A DNA stretch of 64,000 nt. Origin: a virus (Duplodnaviria; Caudoviricetes). The position numbers were made by a program, and so were the translations under genes. The stretch spans positions 184,906 to 248,905 of IMG/VR virus record IMGVR_UViG_3300010163_000002, one strand, 5' to 3'. The notes under the pieces are model-generated. The model worked only from the letters and a program-made list of their open reading frames with translations. It was not told the origin of the DNA and made no database searches. Position 1 is the stretch's first letter. Each line of letters starts with the position of its first letter. Positions 29,901 through 37,643 of the stretch are shown piece after piece.

Positions 29901-32900
29901 ATTAGATTCAATACATCATCTGATAGCGAGTATCAGACCATTGGTAATTCTGGTTGCGGCCCTGCGGCTGCTGTTAACGCATTAGAGTCTATATATGGGC
30001 GTGGTAATGCTGTTGCTGATGCCGCTAGATTCGCGCTTAACCATGGATATAAAGAAACAGACGGTGGTACAAAGCCTGGATTCTTTACTGATTACTTCAA
30101 TAGAAATGGTTTAGGAGCTCAGACTTCTTATAACAAGAGCCAAATTGAAAGAAATATTAATAGCGGTTTGCCTACAGTAATTATGGGTAGAAACGCTAAG
30201 GGCACGTCATCGGCATCTCCATTTGGAAGTACTCCTCATTATGTAACAGTAACTGGAACTGATGGTCATGGAAATGCTATTGTACAAGACCCTGAATCTA
30301 AATATGATAATCAGCTCTATCCTGTAAAGAGCCTTATGAAGAATACCTCATTAGGAGTTTCTGCATTTGGCAAACGGTATGGTATGGGTATGAGGCCTGA
30401 TAGATTTGCATACAAAAATAAACGTATAACTAGATGGGGTACAGGTAAGGGTACTATTATTTTTATAGGAGATTCTCGTACTGTTGGTATGAAGAGCGCC
30501 GTCGGTAACAATAGCCATATATGGTCTTGTAAGGTTGGTATGGGTCTTAACTGGATGAAATCTACTGGAGTTCCAGATGTAGAAAGTCAGATTGATTCTA
30601 ATAAGGCTGTAGTAATACTTATGGGAGTTAATGACTGTGATGGTAGCGCTTCTGCTAAGAGATATGCTGCTTATATAAATGATAAGGCCTCTGATTGGGT
30701 ATCTAAAGGGGCTGAGGTGTACTTTGTATCTATTAACCCTGTAGATGAAAGTAAATATCATGGTGCTGTAACAAATGCTAAGATAGACGAATTTAATAGT
30801 ACTATTAAGACTGCACTGTCTAGCAATGTAAAATATATTGATACAAATAGCCAAATTAAATCATCAATGTCTTCTTCTGACGGGCTGCATTATAATAATG
30901 CAACGTATAAGGAGATTTATAATATTATTACAAATGCTGTAGCTACAGGTGTATCAGCAAGCACCACTTTAACTTCGACAAGTAGTTCTACTTCTTCAAG
31001 CATCACTACATCTAATGCTAATGATAACTCCGCTCCTCAGACTCCAACTGTGGTAAGCATGTTTTCTGATATTCTTATGAATTCTAAAGCTGGTAAAGCT
31101 CTTGGATTATTTATAGGAACTTCAAATAATGATCAACAATCGTCTAATACTACTTCTAATAATACATCTTCAAGCTCTTCATCTTCCAGCACAAATAAAG
31201 GATCATTCCCTAAGTATGATCTTAATGATCAGCAGATTAAGGGTATTGCTAATATACTTCAGCATGAACAGCCAGGATTATCTGGTATGCTTGCGGAAGC
31301 TTCATTGATGGCCAATCTTACTGATATGGGTGGAGATGATAAAGCTACAACTGAAAATCTTGTTCGTAAAGCTACCTCAGGGTGGTTTGCTTACGGAAGT
31401 AGCAGATTTAATAATCCTGGCACTCCAAGTGCTGAAGCTATTAAAGCTGCAAAAGCCGTATTACTTAATGGTAAACGTACAGTACCTAGGTATGTAGATG
31501 AGCATGATTGCTTTAGCGATCTTTCTTCAGTTACAACCGATGGTAAATCAAATACTATATCTGATAGATCTGGTTATGTACAGCACAAAACCAAGATTAA
31601 TAACCGTTATGGTTCATCTTATACATTCTGGGGATTCCCGAATAGTGGAGCAGATCCATTTGGTTATACTAGCGATGCTAATCGTCAAAAATGGGGAGAT
31701 GATTGTTTCTCTGCAGAAGATGCGACATCCGGTCTTGGTAGATTTAAACGTAGAAAACATGGTAGAGGCAAATGGGGTAGAGGTACCGAAGATCAAATTT
31801 GGTATTACCTGAGACATACCGGTGGAATGACTGAAGAGGGCGCTGCTGGTCTTATGGGTAACCTTGAAGCAGAGTCTGGAATGAGACCAAACAATGCTGA
31901 AAATGGTTATGAGTATTTGACTGGTAACGATGAAGAATATACTAAAAAGATTGACTCTGGACAAGTATCAAGATTCCAGTTTGCACATCCTTGGGGAGAT
32001 AGCAGGCAGTGTGGTTATGGTCTTGCTCAATGGACTAGCGCTGGAAGAAAAGAAGGACTATATGATCTTGTTAAAGAACGTAATGTATCTATTGCCGATT
32101 TGAAAACTCAGCTTGATTGGCTTATGACGGAATTAAATAAATCATATGCCGGAGTATATTCAGTACTTAAATCAACAAATAGTTTACAAGCTGCATCGGA
32201 TAAAGTTCTTGGAGAATTTGAAATTCCTGCAAACTGGAGAAGCCAATCTGGAACTAGGGCAAGTATGGGGCAGAAATGGCTTAATAAGTTTAAAGGAACA
32301 GAAGGAGAGCAGTTAGGAGATTCTACTACCATGAACAATTCTTCTAGCGGCGATTCAGATTCTGAAACTACCCAACAGAATAGTAGTCCAACAATTATTG
32401 ATATGATGACCAATATCTTAGCAGAATCTAAAGTTGGTAAAGCGTTGCATGCATTTATCGGTGGAAATACTGGCGCTGCACCTTCAGGATCGGACAACAA
32501 TAGTTCAGGCTCTACAGCATCTGGGGACGCAGCGGAAGTAGTTAAGATAGCTAAGGAACAGGTTGGTATTAAGGAATCTCCTGTAAACGTATGTAAATAC
32601 AATGACTGGTATTATGGCCACCATGTAAATGGAGATGCATATCCATGGTGCGCAGCATTCACATCATGGGTAACAAATGAAGCTGGAGTACCTACAAGTA
32701 TTATGCCTAAAGACGCTTATACGGTAACAGCGTACCAGACTCTTGTTAATAGAGGAGGTAAAATATCTAACTCTGAAGCTAGACCTGGAGATATCATTTA
32801 CTTCACAAAGAATGGCGCTGCTAGTGGTATTTATCATACCGGTATTATTACAGACAATAGCAATGGCGTAATTAGTACTGTTGAAGGTAATAGTGGTAAT

Positions 32901-33605
32901 GCTGTAAAAGAGCATACATATAACGTTAGCAGTGGTAAAGTACTTTGTGCAAGGCCGCAATATAAAAATACAAGCAATAATACATCAACAACAACTTCTA
33001 CAACTACAAATAGTTCTGAAACCAAAACCGCCGGAGATGCTCCAGATGTATCTAATACCCGTGGCGGAAATGGTAATAAACCATTATCTAGATACGGCCA
33101 ATATAGAGATACTATCTATGGTAGAGGATCAGAAAGAAAAATTAAAAATAGAGGAGTTCCTAAACAGCATCTGTCTCGTGAAGGATACACTAAAGTTGAT
33201 GTATCTACATTTGATACCCAGCTTGGAAATGCACTTAAAACAGCAAACCGTCCTAAGGTGTATAAGTATGGTTCTGTTGGACTTGGTTCTGGCCCGGCAT
33301 ATGGTAAAGGAACTAGTCCGGATTATAGTAAACTAATTAATAGTATTATTAAAATCTTAATGACTATTGCAGATAATACTGATAAACTTAATATTATCGT
33401 ATCTATTCTCAATAATAAATTAGGGGCTAATATAACAGCATCTGATGTATCTGATCAAAATGCTAAACACGAAAGCTTAAAATCTAAATTAGCTAGTAGT
33501 TTAAATAACGTAGATTTATCTAAATTTAATAATGCAGCAGATCAAATTGGTGATAATTCGATTAATTCGATTATATCTGCCATGAATGCTATTGCATCTG
33601 AATAA
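21000..33605 (+). CDS. Giant tape-measure-like virion protein with C-terminal C39-like peptidase, SGNH hydrolase, SleB-like, phage tail lysozyme and CHAP domains
   Basis: 4201 aa, helical with Gly-rich hydrophobic blocks. 'GCGPAAA...HYV...DP' (about 29865-30365); 'FIGDS...GVND...DGLHY' (30455-30945); 'HEQ...AEASLMAN' (31205-31720); 'GNLEAESG...GYGLAQWT' (31790-32300); 'WCAAF...HTGI...EGN' (32535-32960). True start may be 21012; late motif at 20967-20979. Confidence 0.85.
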   Translation: MKIKMKRVNNYMKNVMKSVTYAAADIASDYTPGMQELKSSNQEFIKSTYAALKNPKAAIKRSVEAIQESKTFKALDYGAKNLVEDLRTGNFYNKERKDRDELRLSGLDFDMDDLSQFGIDDDWESKVNNSSSSSDSGITAGDMRIVNSIEGSNAALASATVNAVIRTSNSQIRAGRANMGMIYVQNEKLFGGLHNDISILNNTMNEMYKMQAASLQNIDKNMSNFFTSEAKLSAERNAILKEMLEMQRNQYKSAIDKERESKLKKTNKVRWSDVNVNGMVDFDAYFKNVQKNISNQLSSMIGMEGFGEDGNLLATFMTSPLEGAVKAVVNGVIPATVKAAAKEFDGTLSGIFGTLMGKMANAKSNDDGGLLGILSKFLGINTGVNKSIDTSRYEKGPVPFDGITRKAIIEVIPTYLRRIEAAISGRPEQLFDYKSGKWTKGADLKKQYDEIHKNAIKSGTSEVREMLNPSMAAMKNGAKSRSEAEAMEKAWDEFYQFLMDNNGIFNPKVSAFKNGVSSSTYPNFYKYYNAIRKAYAEQDVVEQRDNTGKVIRSRNTKNRVRMQLAGNVLSAKEREEQQYRDIELDPTSPFYALFSGIKFDEHGKWKGDNKNFKAFNRLSNEKDELGNNIFNYLQNINKELTWVRLNLPNMTFSAGRGRRKATDSVTGTRVSFDSINLMNASLKNANDAEYRNKNNDDEKIRRAALEKIKSGKAVDLSVFSEDEQEYLLALAELMRNSSAEEYKSELEGYNAGGISSWMNKNVYKANIRTRKDLEEAIRKANKEGKNIDDEKMDQKEEKFFQKIMKRVNAGGDIIGGVVGAAADSFTNVLYAADKAVYEMFYKTEIQDEEDKTKYKGFMDMMAHKMSDTFKDIKEKFKKDILDPFKERFGITEENKKRFKEGAINTLGSIWGVFKDSNKSIYGPLLDKMREGEFDYEEYGRQQSEAARALTKEERDRRKNVRRGLHVSDIATSKITNKDFARAISNGTKEWGAITTNSVEANDSRRVRNLVIRRGGDELEEWCRANGFTGSLDEKKVRLGNEFGLPATALAKIKTDEDANLVFAKQYRHNAKGTSGKPFMGISALTKGEGLLSNRGFGVVPKTGVYNVTTPTHIINTEDMHTLSGGKGTRVSVQQALGKEKLAAKAAGYKIASHAGGTGMKITNDGVDIDTNAIMSEAKRFIPEAAGGGLVGGILSLVLGLAGGPILGAAVGAAGTIVSKSDTLKDMLFGKAGEDGKRDGTGIVSKTIMDTVNKYAPDALKYGMAGVIPGLLTPLGPVGGLLVGGAIGVLKNNEKFTNKYFGEEGKLTIGSKEKKILEKMFPAAAKGAAIGTIAGFLLPTPFGFLGNAMFGSAIGMMTATDEFKDLILGKEINGERFGGVLGAIKDALNPFTNSLKNVGEKLSDAFEANVISPLQKFIKPAIHALPIALGAVPRFLGKQLDKHTQGIRRTVGGKVKDVLGRPAKIVAGGMEAVAGGVGKVLSVPGKIIGGAGDKLREYDIRNGDFVDMNQVQAVAWMDSHKRGDKVSSTLRASSKVGSGADDSMTVEDAEAMAKYLDRMNDSESTARKNLDAKNKALNNLLDNYTTKDGTKLSKKQINGILDAADRKEFGDISRILQSDGTLTKSEFNKFMDEGGLKKAVMDAHDAKSRLKNITDIGSTDEAAKGLNEMLEKFNITDDFDWTNKKERAKFSALLKDRLVELQANPDEIKEKREEEVMEENNKNIITITDKVSAIAKFFEDMTNMNNEATKDINEQTQASLEAGQRFINGKYDKNIESAKKDMGKDEASKLTPEGEDRLSSEKTSNRAYKYTADIVNNATGGMGNFNKAQGLFRKGATGILGDLSKAFTPEGVKYVSNLSKTKLKTFNTWVNKKFIKKTILNGKFKITDKTVEFMTKTVNNKQLYDNCRFLSQIYNKPTGKGIYSRFESLEAIGMLDDIALQELREEFGVNDSDATSSFTTNAAGVAGRTAKGVAWGTGAVVGGLAGAGKEIVSGTAKTAGKGARYVRGARSDEWYSKHAPAEEAQPEAEQNGLGTLLLSGAGKLASGTLGSVGNLAMNGIGAVGKLAGGLLGGVGKLAGGLLGSIFGKNKKDSGDENSSKALGAMAGLLGLNSASASSPVLSSGEGFEETDKKGDGKDVVSLGDGMFGQVRRDSSGNVELDGSDSATKNAMNKIALKEKAQEKLRDAQLKACEIIKSNFDTSAIKESKGGKIGWLGLLLMGGLLAKTGVLKKIYEGVIEPIWTNGIKPWAEKIWTEKLKPFLTEDVPNWIMNTAIPWLGKTFGGILNTAIQGLPAILSGGGSVIGGILDYVVGNKNNAGASTSGSISKDAYDGSLVDENGKTLSYDDIINKNYNTAYNEQGAEVQIDEDGNFTVQDESVKGSNYLSALGKGASRAFNLGMMSGKQSKIIQAASKVTGWLGKHGTTLTKFGGKIGNFFTKPLEFANKKGVNFSERWGNFTDSIIDKALGKNTAEETALAVIDNVSEQAADSAIGKALKNGAEDIAQEAVETATKKGVLGTIGDFFKGVGSKIQHGAGKALNALVDAVKKVIDKFCNSWIVKDALSKVAKTLKIDDVTGYIAKFRSKANEVFETAVKKACDKLGENAVKQLAKTVLAAVTAGIDFTVALDQAESILEVRETSFMEELIAGLINTVIGLIPVINMFSDWIIKQLFSFFGEDYDVRHAEAEAYAEQYNAEHQTTYSTAEILKYQNSVTGKVEKAVGDFVKPIGDAAVGAGKAIYNGGKAAVGWIGDRGKDIANFFGWGGDDEVESNAEGTMTKGWLNTTTISKNPIHNLFNKGLKGLANIMGDPIKILANANEFKTLDSIMAKAKEGKISVFSKEFWKNDDIKDNSVAGILRNVLSKFTRFMSAPMLMVKSSLESLYDDINVVGNAMIGKTNAATSSKSITSSSKAVTTSPLKKSTGFLSKVKTTFGSAVSKIKSFFGFGSGPDYQYGTGMYSKQIDPDVAGIRFNTSSDSEYQTIGNSGCGPAAAVNALESIYGRGNAVADAARFALNHGYKETDGGTKPGFFTDYFNRNGLGAQTSYNKSQIERNINSGLPTVIMGRNAKGTSSASPFGSTPHYVTVTGTDGHGNAIVQDPESKYDNQLYPVKSLMKNTSLGVSAFGKRYGMGMRPDRFAYKNKRITRWGTGKGTIIFIGDSRTVGMKSAVGNNSHIWSCKVGMGLNWMKSTGVPDVESQIDSNKAVVILMGVNDCDGSASAKRYAAYINDKASDWVSKGAEVYFVSINPVDESKYHGAVTNAKIDEFNSTIKTALSSNVKYIDTNSQIKSSMSSSDGLHYNNATYKEIYNIITNAVATGVSASTTLTSTSSSTSSSITTSNANDNSAPQTPTVVSMFSDILMNSKAGKALGLFIGTSNNDQQSSNTTSNNTSSSSSSSSTNKGSFPKYDLNDQQIKGIANILQHEQPGLSGMLAEASLMANLTDMGGDDKATTENLVRKATSGWFAYGSSRFNNPGTPSAEAIKAAKAVLLNGKRTVPRYVDEHDCFSDLSSVTTDGKSNTISDRSGYVQHKTKINNRYGSSYTFWGFPNSGADPFGYTSDANRQKWGDDCFSAEDATSGLGRFKRRKHGRGKWGRGTEDQIWYYLRHTGGMTEEGAAGLMGNLEAESGMRPNNAENGYEYLTGNDEEYTKKIDSGQVSRFQFAHPWGDSRQCGYGLAQWTSAGRKEGLYDLVKERNVSIADLKTQLDWLMTELNKSYAGVYSVLKSTNSLQAASDKVLGEFEIPANWRSQSGTRASMGQKWLNKFKGTEGEQLGDSTTMNNSSSGDSDSETTQQNSSPTIIDMMTNILAESKVGKALHAFIGGNTGAAPSGSDNNSSGSTASGDAAEVVKIAKEQVGIKESPVNVCKYNDWYYGHHVNGDAYPWCAAFTSWVTNEAGVPTSIMPKDAYTVTAYQTLVNRGGKISNSEARPGDIIYFTKNGAASGIYHTGIITDNSNGVISTVEGNSGNAVKEHTYNVSSGKVLCARPQYKNTSNNTSTTTSTTTNSSETKTAGDAPDVSNTRGGNGNKPLSRYGQYRDTIYGRGSERKIKNRGVPKQHLSREGYTKVDVSTFDTQLGNALKTANRPKVYKYGSVGLGSGPAYGKGTSPDYSKLINSIIKILMTIADNTDKLNIIVSILNNKLGANITASDVSDQNAKHESLKSKLASSLNNVDLSKFNNAADQIGDNSINSIISAMNAIASE

Positions 33606-33628
33606 ATATAATATATAAATATTTAACA

Positions 33629-33652
33629 GGGCAGGTCATTTTTGACCTGCCC
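33629..33652. terminator. Hairpin after the tape-measure gene, abutting a late promoter
   Basis: GGGCAGGTCA-tttt-TGACCTGCCC, then AACA-ATTAAG-TAA. Confidence 0.65.
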
Positions 33653-33683
33653 AACAATTAAGTAAATTTTAGGAGGTGGTTTA

Positions 33684-35528
33684 ATGGCTAATTGGACTGG
33701 CGATCTTAAAACTGCTAAAGAATATAAAACATCGGGCGGATTTACAGAATACTGTATGTATATTAATAAAGAATTTGTAACTGCTGGTAGATTAGAGTCT
33801 GGGACGGTTTTAGGATTATCATATGATTCTAAAAAAGATGCTATGAAAATCATTAGCTGTAGTGCCAAACCAGAAGCAGAAGGTAAATATATAAAATCAC
33901 CGCAAAATATTGCTGGTACAACTACAGTTAAAGCTACGAAAGATAAAAATGGAAAATCAATTAAAGCTTCCACAGAGGCCAAATCAACTAAAGATAAAAA
34001 AACTGGTAAAACTACGGCTCAAAATACAGATGAAGATGGTAATACATCGACAACAACTATTGTTGATGAAATTTCATATGTAGATGATGCATTCATAGAT
34101 AATGAGTATTATGAGTATATTGATTCTGATACTTATAATGCTAATCTTTCGCAGGGATTAAGGGTTGCTGATTTAAGAGGAGTACTTGGTATGCCTCATC
34201 AATTTACAGCATTAACAGATCCAAGAATTGAAAACAGTAATACTCCTGGAGATGAAGAATCATTCGGCAGACTTTATGCAGAAAGAATTGTTAAGCACAT
34301 ACCATTGCTTCTTATGACTCCTGGAGTACCAACGTTTATGTCTGGCTATTCTGAAAATCAGAAAAGTACAATAATAGATAAACTTATAGGAAATACAATA
34401 GCAGATATAGAATCGTTAGTAAATACAACTAAAGGTAAATATTATTCTCTTAAATATGCATATACTGAATATTTCCATTATGTGAATGCAATGCTGCGTT
34501 CAGCAGCAGTATTTCTAGAAATTGATGGGGAGAGTATTGATAGAAATAATAAAACTTTAGGAGATTTAGACTGGTTATATGAAACTGCTGGAGGAGAAAA
34601 ATTTGGACATAAGGGCCTTAAAAACTTTCTTGGTCCTTATGCAGGATGTATTGCATTTTATGCAGATGCTGGAACATCGGTGGATGAATCATTTGGAAAT
34701 GGTACAACCGAATCCCAGTTAGCATCTGCTTTAAATAATATAACTGATACAGGCAGGGAATTAAATTTCCTTGTAGGTAATGTTGGAGGCGCTGCAGGTG
34801 TAAATTTAAGTAAATATTTAGGCGCAGACGATATTAATGGAAAAATCGACGAGATTAAAGGAACTTTAGGCAGTATAGGTCTTGCTGAAGGTAATATCTT
34901 TAGTAATATTGTCGGAAAAGCAGTTACGCTACTTGCAGGCGGTAGAATGATATTTCCAGAAATATGGTCGGATTCTCAATTTTCTAGATCGTACTCTTGT
35001 AGTATGAAACTAGTTTCTCCATCTGGAGATAAACTAAGTATATATTTAAATATACTTGTCCCGTTTTATCATTTGTTAGGATTTGTATTGCCACGACAGG
35101 CAGACGGACAATCATATTTCTCCCCATTTCTTGTTAGAGCATTCTATAAAGGATTATTTAATATTGATATGGGAATAATTACAGGATTATCTGCATCTAA
35201 AGGAGCTGAAGGAGAATGGACTATTGATGGTTTACCTACAGTATTAAATGTAAGCTTTGACATAAAAGATATGTATGACTCATTATTTATGAGCAAACAA
35301 GAAAGTCTTACAGATAGTAATGGTCTTATGAGCAATATACAAGAATTAGATTATATCGCAAACTCATGCGGTATTAATGTAAACGATCAGGAAGTGTACA
35401 GAACACTCAAAATGTATAAAGTATTAGGGTTTGGGGCTTATAAAGATAAAGTCGGAGTTGATATTTTCGGCGGCATTGCTCAATACTTTAATCAGAAAAT
35501 GAATAATATATTCGGCGTATTTAAGTAA
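33684..35528 (+). CDS. Baseplate hub/tail-tube-fold structural protein
   Basis: Follows the tape measure; 'FPEIWSDSQFSRSYS...SPFLVRAF...GLPT..NVSFDIKD' typical of myophage hub/tube-initiator proteins; late motif at 33653-33665. Confidence 0.6.
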   Translation: MANWTGDLKTAKEYKTSGGFTEYCMYINKEFVTAGRLESGTVLGLSYDSKKDAMKIISCSAKPEAEGKYIKSPQNIAGTTTVKATKDKNGKSIKASTEAKSTKDKKTGKTTAQNTDEDGNTSTTTIVDEISYVDDAFIDNEYYEYIDSDTYNANLSQGLRVADLRGVLGMPHQFTALTDPRIENSNTPGDEESFGRLYAERIVKHIPLLLMTPGVPTFMSGYSENQKSTIIDKLIGNTIADIESLVNTTKGKYYSLKYAYTEYFHYVNAMLRSAAVFLEIDGESIDRNNKTLGDLDWLYETAGGEKFGHKGLKNFLGPYAGCIAFYADAGTSVDESFGNGTTESQLASALNNITDTGRELNFLVGNVGGAAGVNLSKYLGADDINGKIDEIKGTLGSIGLAEGNIFSNIVGKAVTLLAGGRMIFPEIWSDSQFSRSYSCSMKLVSPSGDKLSIYLNILVPFYHLLGFVLPRQADGQSYFSPFLVRAFYKGLFNIDMGIITGLSASKGAEGEWTIDGLPTVLNVSFDIKDMYDSLFMSKQESLTDSNGLMSNIQELDYIANSCGINVNDQEVYRTLKMYKVLGFGAYKDKVGVDIFGGIAQYFNQKMNNIFGVFK

Positions 35529-35582
35529 TACAGCATGAACTACATAAGGTTAAATATACTCTTATATGGAGGTGGCGCTTGT

Positions 35583-36293
35583 GTGTTATCACGTAAACAA
35601 AAAATGATATTATATGATGAAAAATATGGTCATATACCAAAAGATTATATACAAAGACTAGAATATCTTTATGATACTCTTAATATAGATGATAATAAAT
35701 CTGACGAAATATTAAGGGCAAGACAAGCATTTATTAATTCTACATATTATCAAACTTTAAAAATCATTTTATATGAAATACCAGAATATACTCCTAGACC
35801 AAGAGCTAGGATTATACATAAAAATGGTATTATAAATGCCGTTACTGGTGGAAATGATTTCATTCAGGTATATTCAATTACCGGAAGACAGAATAGAGAA
35901 TATATGAAGATGTTTACAAGGGAAAATATAAACGAATTGCAACAACTTCTTTGCACTCCATGCGATATAGAGTATAAAACATATTTCCCAACACCATCAT
36001 ATTATAACAAAACTCAAGTTTTTCTAGCCGAAATAGGATTGGATAGACCTATAAATAAACCAGACTTTGACAACATAGAAAAATCATATGCAGACTCATT
36101 TACAGGTAATATATGGATAGATGATATAGTTGTAATAGATGCAACGATAAGAAAATATTATTCTATATTACCTAGAGTGGAAATAGATCTCAAATATTCG
36201 AATCAATTATTTAACGCTCATCAATATAAAGCCATGCTTAAAAGGAAGGATTTTACTGACGATATGAATGTAAATTATTTCGGAGGTAAATAA
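35583..36293 (+). CDS. rusA: RusA-like Holliday junction resolvase
   Basis: 'PRPR', 'KPDFDNIEK...D...WIDD..V' RusA catalytic pattern. Start moved to GTG 35583 (GGAGG RBS, late motif at 35541-35553). Confidence 0.8.
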   Translation: MLSRKQKMILYDEKYGHIPKDYIQRLEYLYDTLNIDDNKSDEILRARQAFINSTYYQTLKIILYEIPEYTPRPRARIIHKNGIINAVTGGNDFIQVYSITGRQNREYMKMFTRENINELQQLLCTPCDIEYKTYFPTPSYYNKTQVFLAEIGLDRPINKPDFDNIEKSYADSFTGNIWIDDIVVIDATIRKYYSILPRVEIDLKYSNQLFNAHQYKAMLKRKDFTDDMNVNYFGGK

Positions 36294-36295
36294 AA

Positions 36296-36577
36296 ATGGA
36301 AAAATTAAGACAGGCTTATGATATGAAAAAAAATATTATCGAAAATGGGGATATGCTTGAATTAGAGAAAGCTCTCAAAAAATCTCCAAACATAGATAAT
36401 GTAAATGTAAATAGCGACGGCACAATGAGATTAGAATCTAATAGCGGAATGGATTCTTTAAATTGTGCTGTAGAAAATACAGTACTTAATTGGATAAAGC
36501 AGGAACTTAAATTTCCTGTTTCTATTATTTGTAATACTTTACCTATTAATCATAACGCGTGCATACTTAAAGTATAA
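36296..36577 (+). CDS. Hypothetical protein
   Basis: GGAGG RBS. Confidence 0.6.
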   Translation: MEKLRQAYDMKKNIIENGDMLELEKALKKSPNIDNVNVNSDGTMRLESNSGMDSLNCAVENTVLNWIKQELKFPVSIICNTLPINHNACILKV

Positions 36578-36587
36578 ACAAAAAACT

Positions 36588-36613
36588 ACCCCTAGGGATA
36601 ACTCCCTAGGGGT
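36588..36613. terminator. Hairpin between convergent genes
   Basis: ACCCCTAGGGA-taac-TCCCTAGGGGT with an A-tract on the left. Confidence 0.75.
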
Positions 36614-36623
36614 TATATGTTGA

Positions 36624-37598
36624 TTAAAGATTCTCAAGATAATTATTCAAGAAGTTTTCATCAATATTAATCATCTGCATGGTATTAACCATCTCAAGCA
36701 TGGTATAAATAAGCTGGGCTGATTCAACAATCATATTCATATCTACAGCAGCTTCATGAATATAAATAGCTCCAAGCTTACTGTCTTTAAGCACAGACTT
36801 AGTAAGAGATTCTACAATACATCCAAAGATGTTCTTATCCTGCATTGCTCTTCTCTCATCAATATCCAGCTTAGCCATATCAAGATAAGATTCTGCTAAT
36901 GCATCATTTCCCTTAACAAGAGCGGCTTTATCCTGAGCTTGCTTAATGATCTCTTCGTACTCAACCTTATTTGCAGCATTGGAATCTACAAAGTCTGTAA
37001 TAGCATCCGCAACTCTATCTTTAATCATCTTAGATGCATCCGTTACATCAACCTCTTCAAGCTCTCTGTAAAATTCATCAATTGTGTCTGGATCAACAAT
37101 CTGCTTAGCGTTGGAGAAATCATTTGTACTGCATGCTTCACAATCTTTAGCTTCAAGAATCTTATCATAGTATTTCGTACAAATTCTACTGAATTCTGCC
37201 AAAATAAAATTCTTCGAAGCGAATGAATGAATTAATTCTCCCGCACTGTTTTCAATGACAAACTTGTTTACAAGATTCTTTGCTACTGTTTTGTCTCTTG
37301 ATGTAAGCGGAGCTACAGATGATTCCTTATAAAGCTTATAAATGCATTCAGAAATAAGAGATTTCTTAATATTATCGATAAACTCTGCTCTGGATGCGTC
37401 GCTCTCAAGCATGGATTTGTTATACTCCATCATATTATTGATATATTCCTGCCTCTCAAGCTGAGCTGCTCTTGACTCCGCATATTCTTTATCATTATCA
37501 TTATTATAAATCTCTTCCTTCTGCTCCCTGAGCATTTTAGCTATATCAGTAAAACTAAGTTGCATGTTTTCTGATGGTTTATTCATATCATAAATCAT
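36624..37598 (-). CDS. Probable head core/scaffold-like virion protein
   Basis: Acidic and helical with many hydrophobic-X-E-[A/S] motifs (MLES, ILEA, LAES, IVES, IHEA); late motif at 37630-37642. Confidence 0.5.
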   Translation of the reverse strand: MIYDMNKPSENMQLSFTDIAKMLREQKEEIYNNDNDKEYAESRAAQLERQEYINNMMEYNKSMLESDASRAEFIDNIKKSLISECIYKLYKESSVAPLTSRDKTVAKNLVNKFVIENSAGELIHSFASKNFILAEFSRICTKYYDKILEAKDCEACSTNDFSNAKQIVDPDTIDEFYRELEEVDVTDASKMIKDRVADAITDFVDSNAANKVEYEEIIKQAQDKAALVKGNDALAESYLDMAKLDIDERRAMQDKNIFGCIVESLTKSVLKDSKLGAIYIHEAAVDMNMIVESAQLIYTMLEMVNTMQMINIDENFLNNYLENL

Positions 37599-37643
37599 TA
37601 TTACCGTGCCTCCTTATTGAATTCAATTTTTATTAAAATGTTT

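Noticed and set aside
21214-33336. Many antisense and alternate-frame ORFs inside long genes (also throughout the window)
   Set aside because: Shadow ORFs of biased codon usage; no RBS or recognisable motifs.
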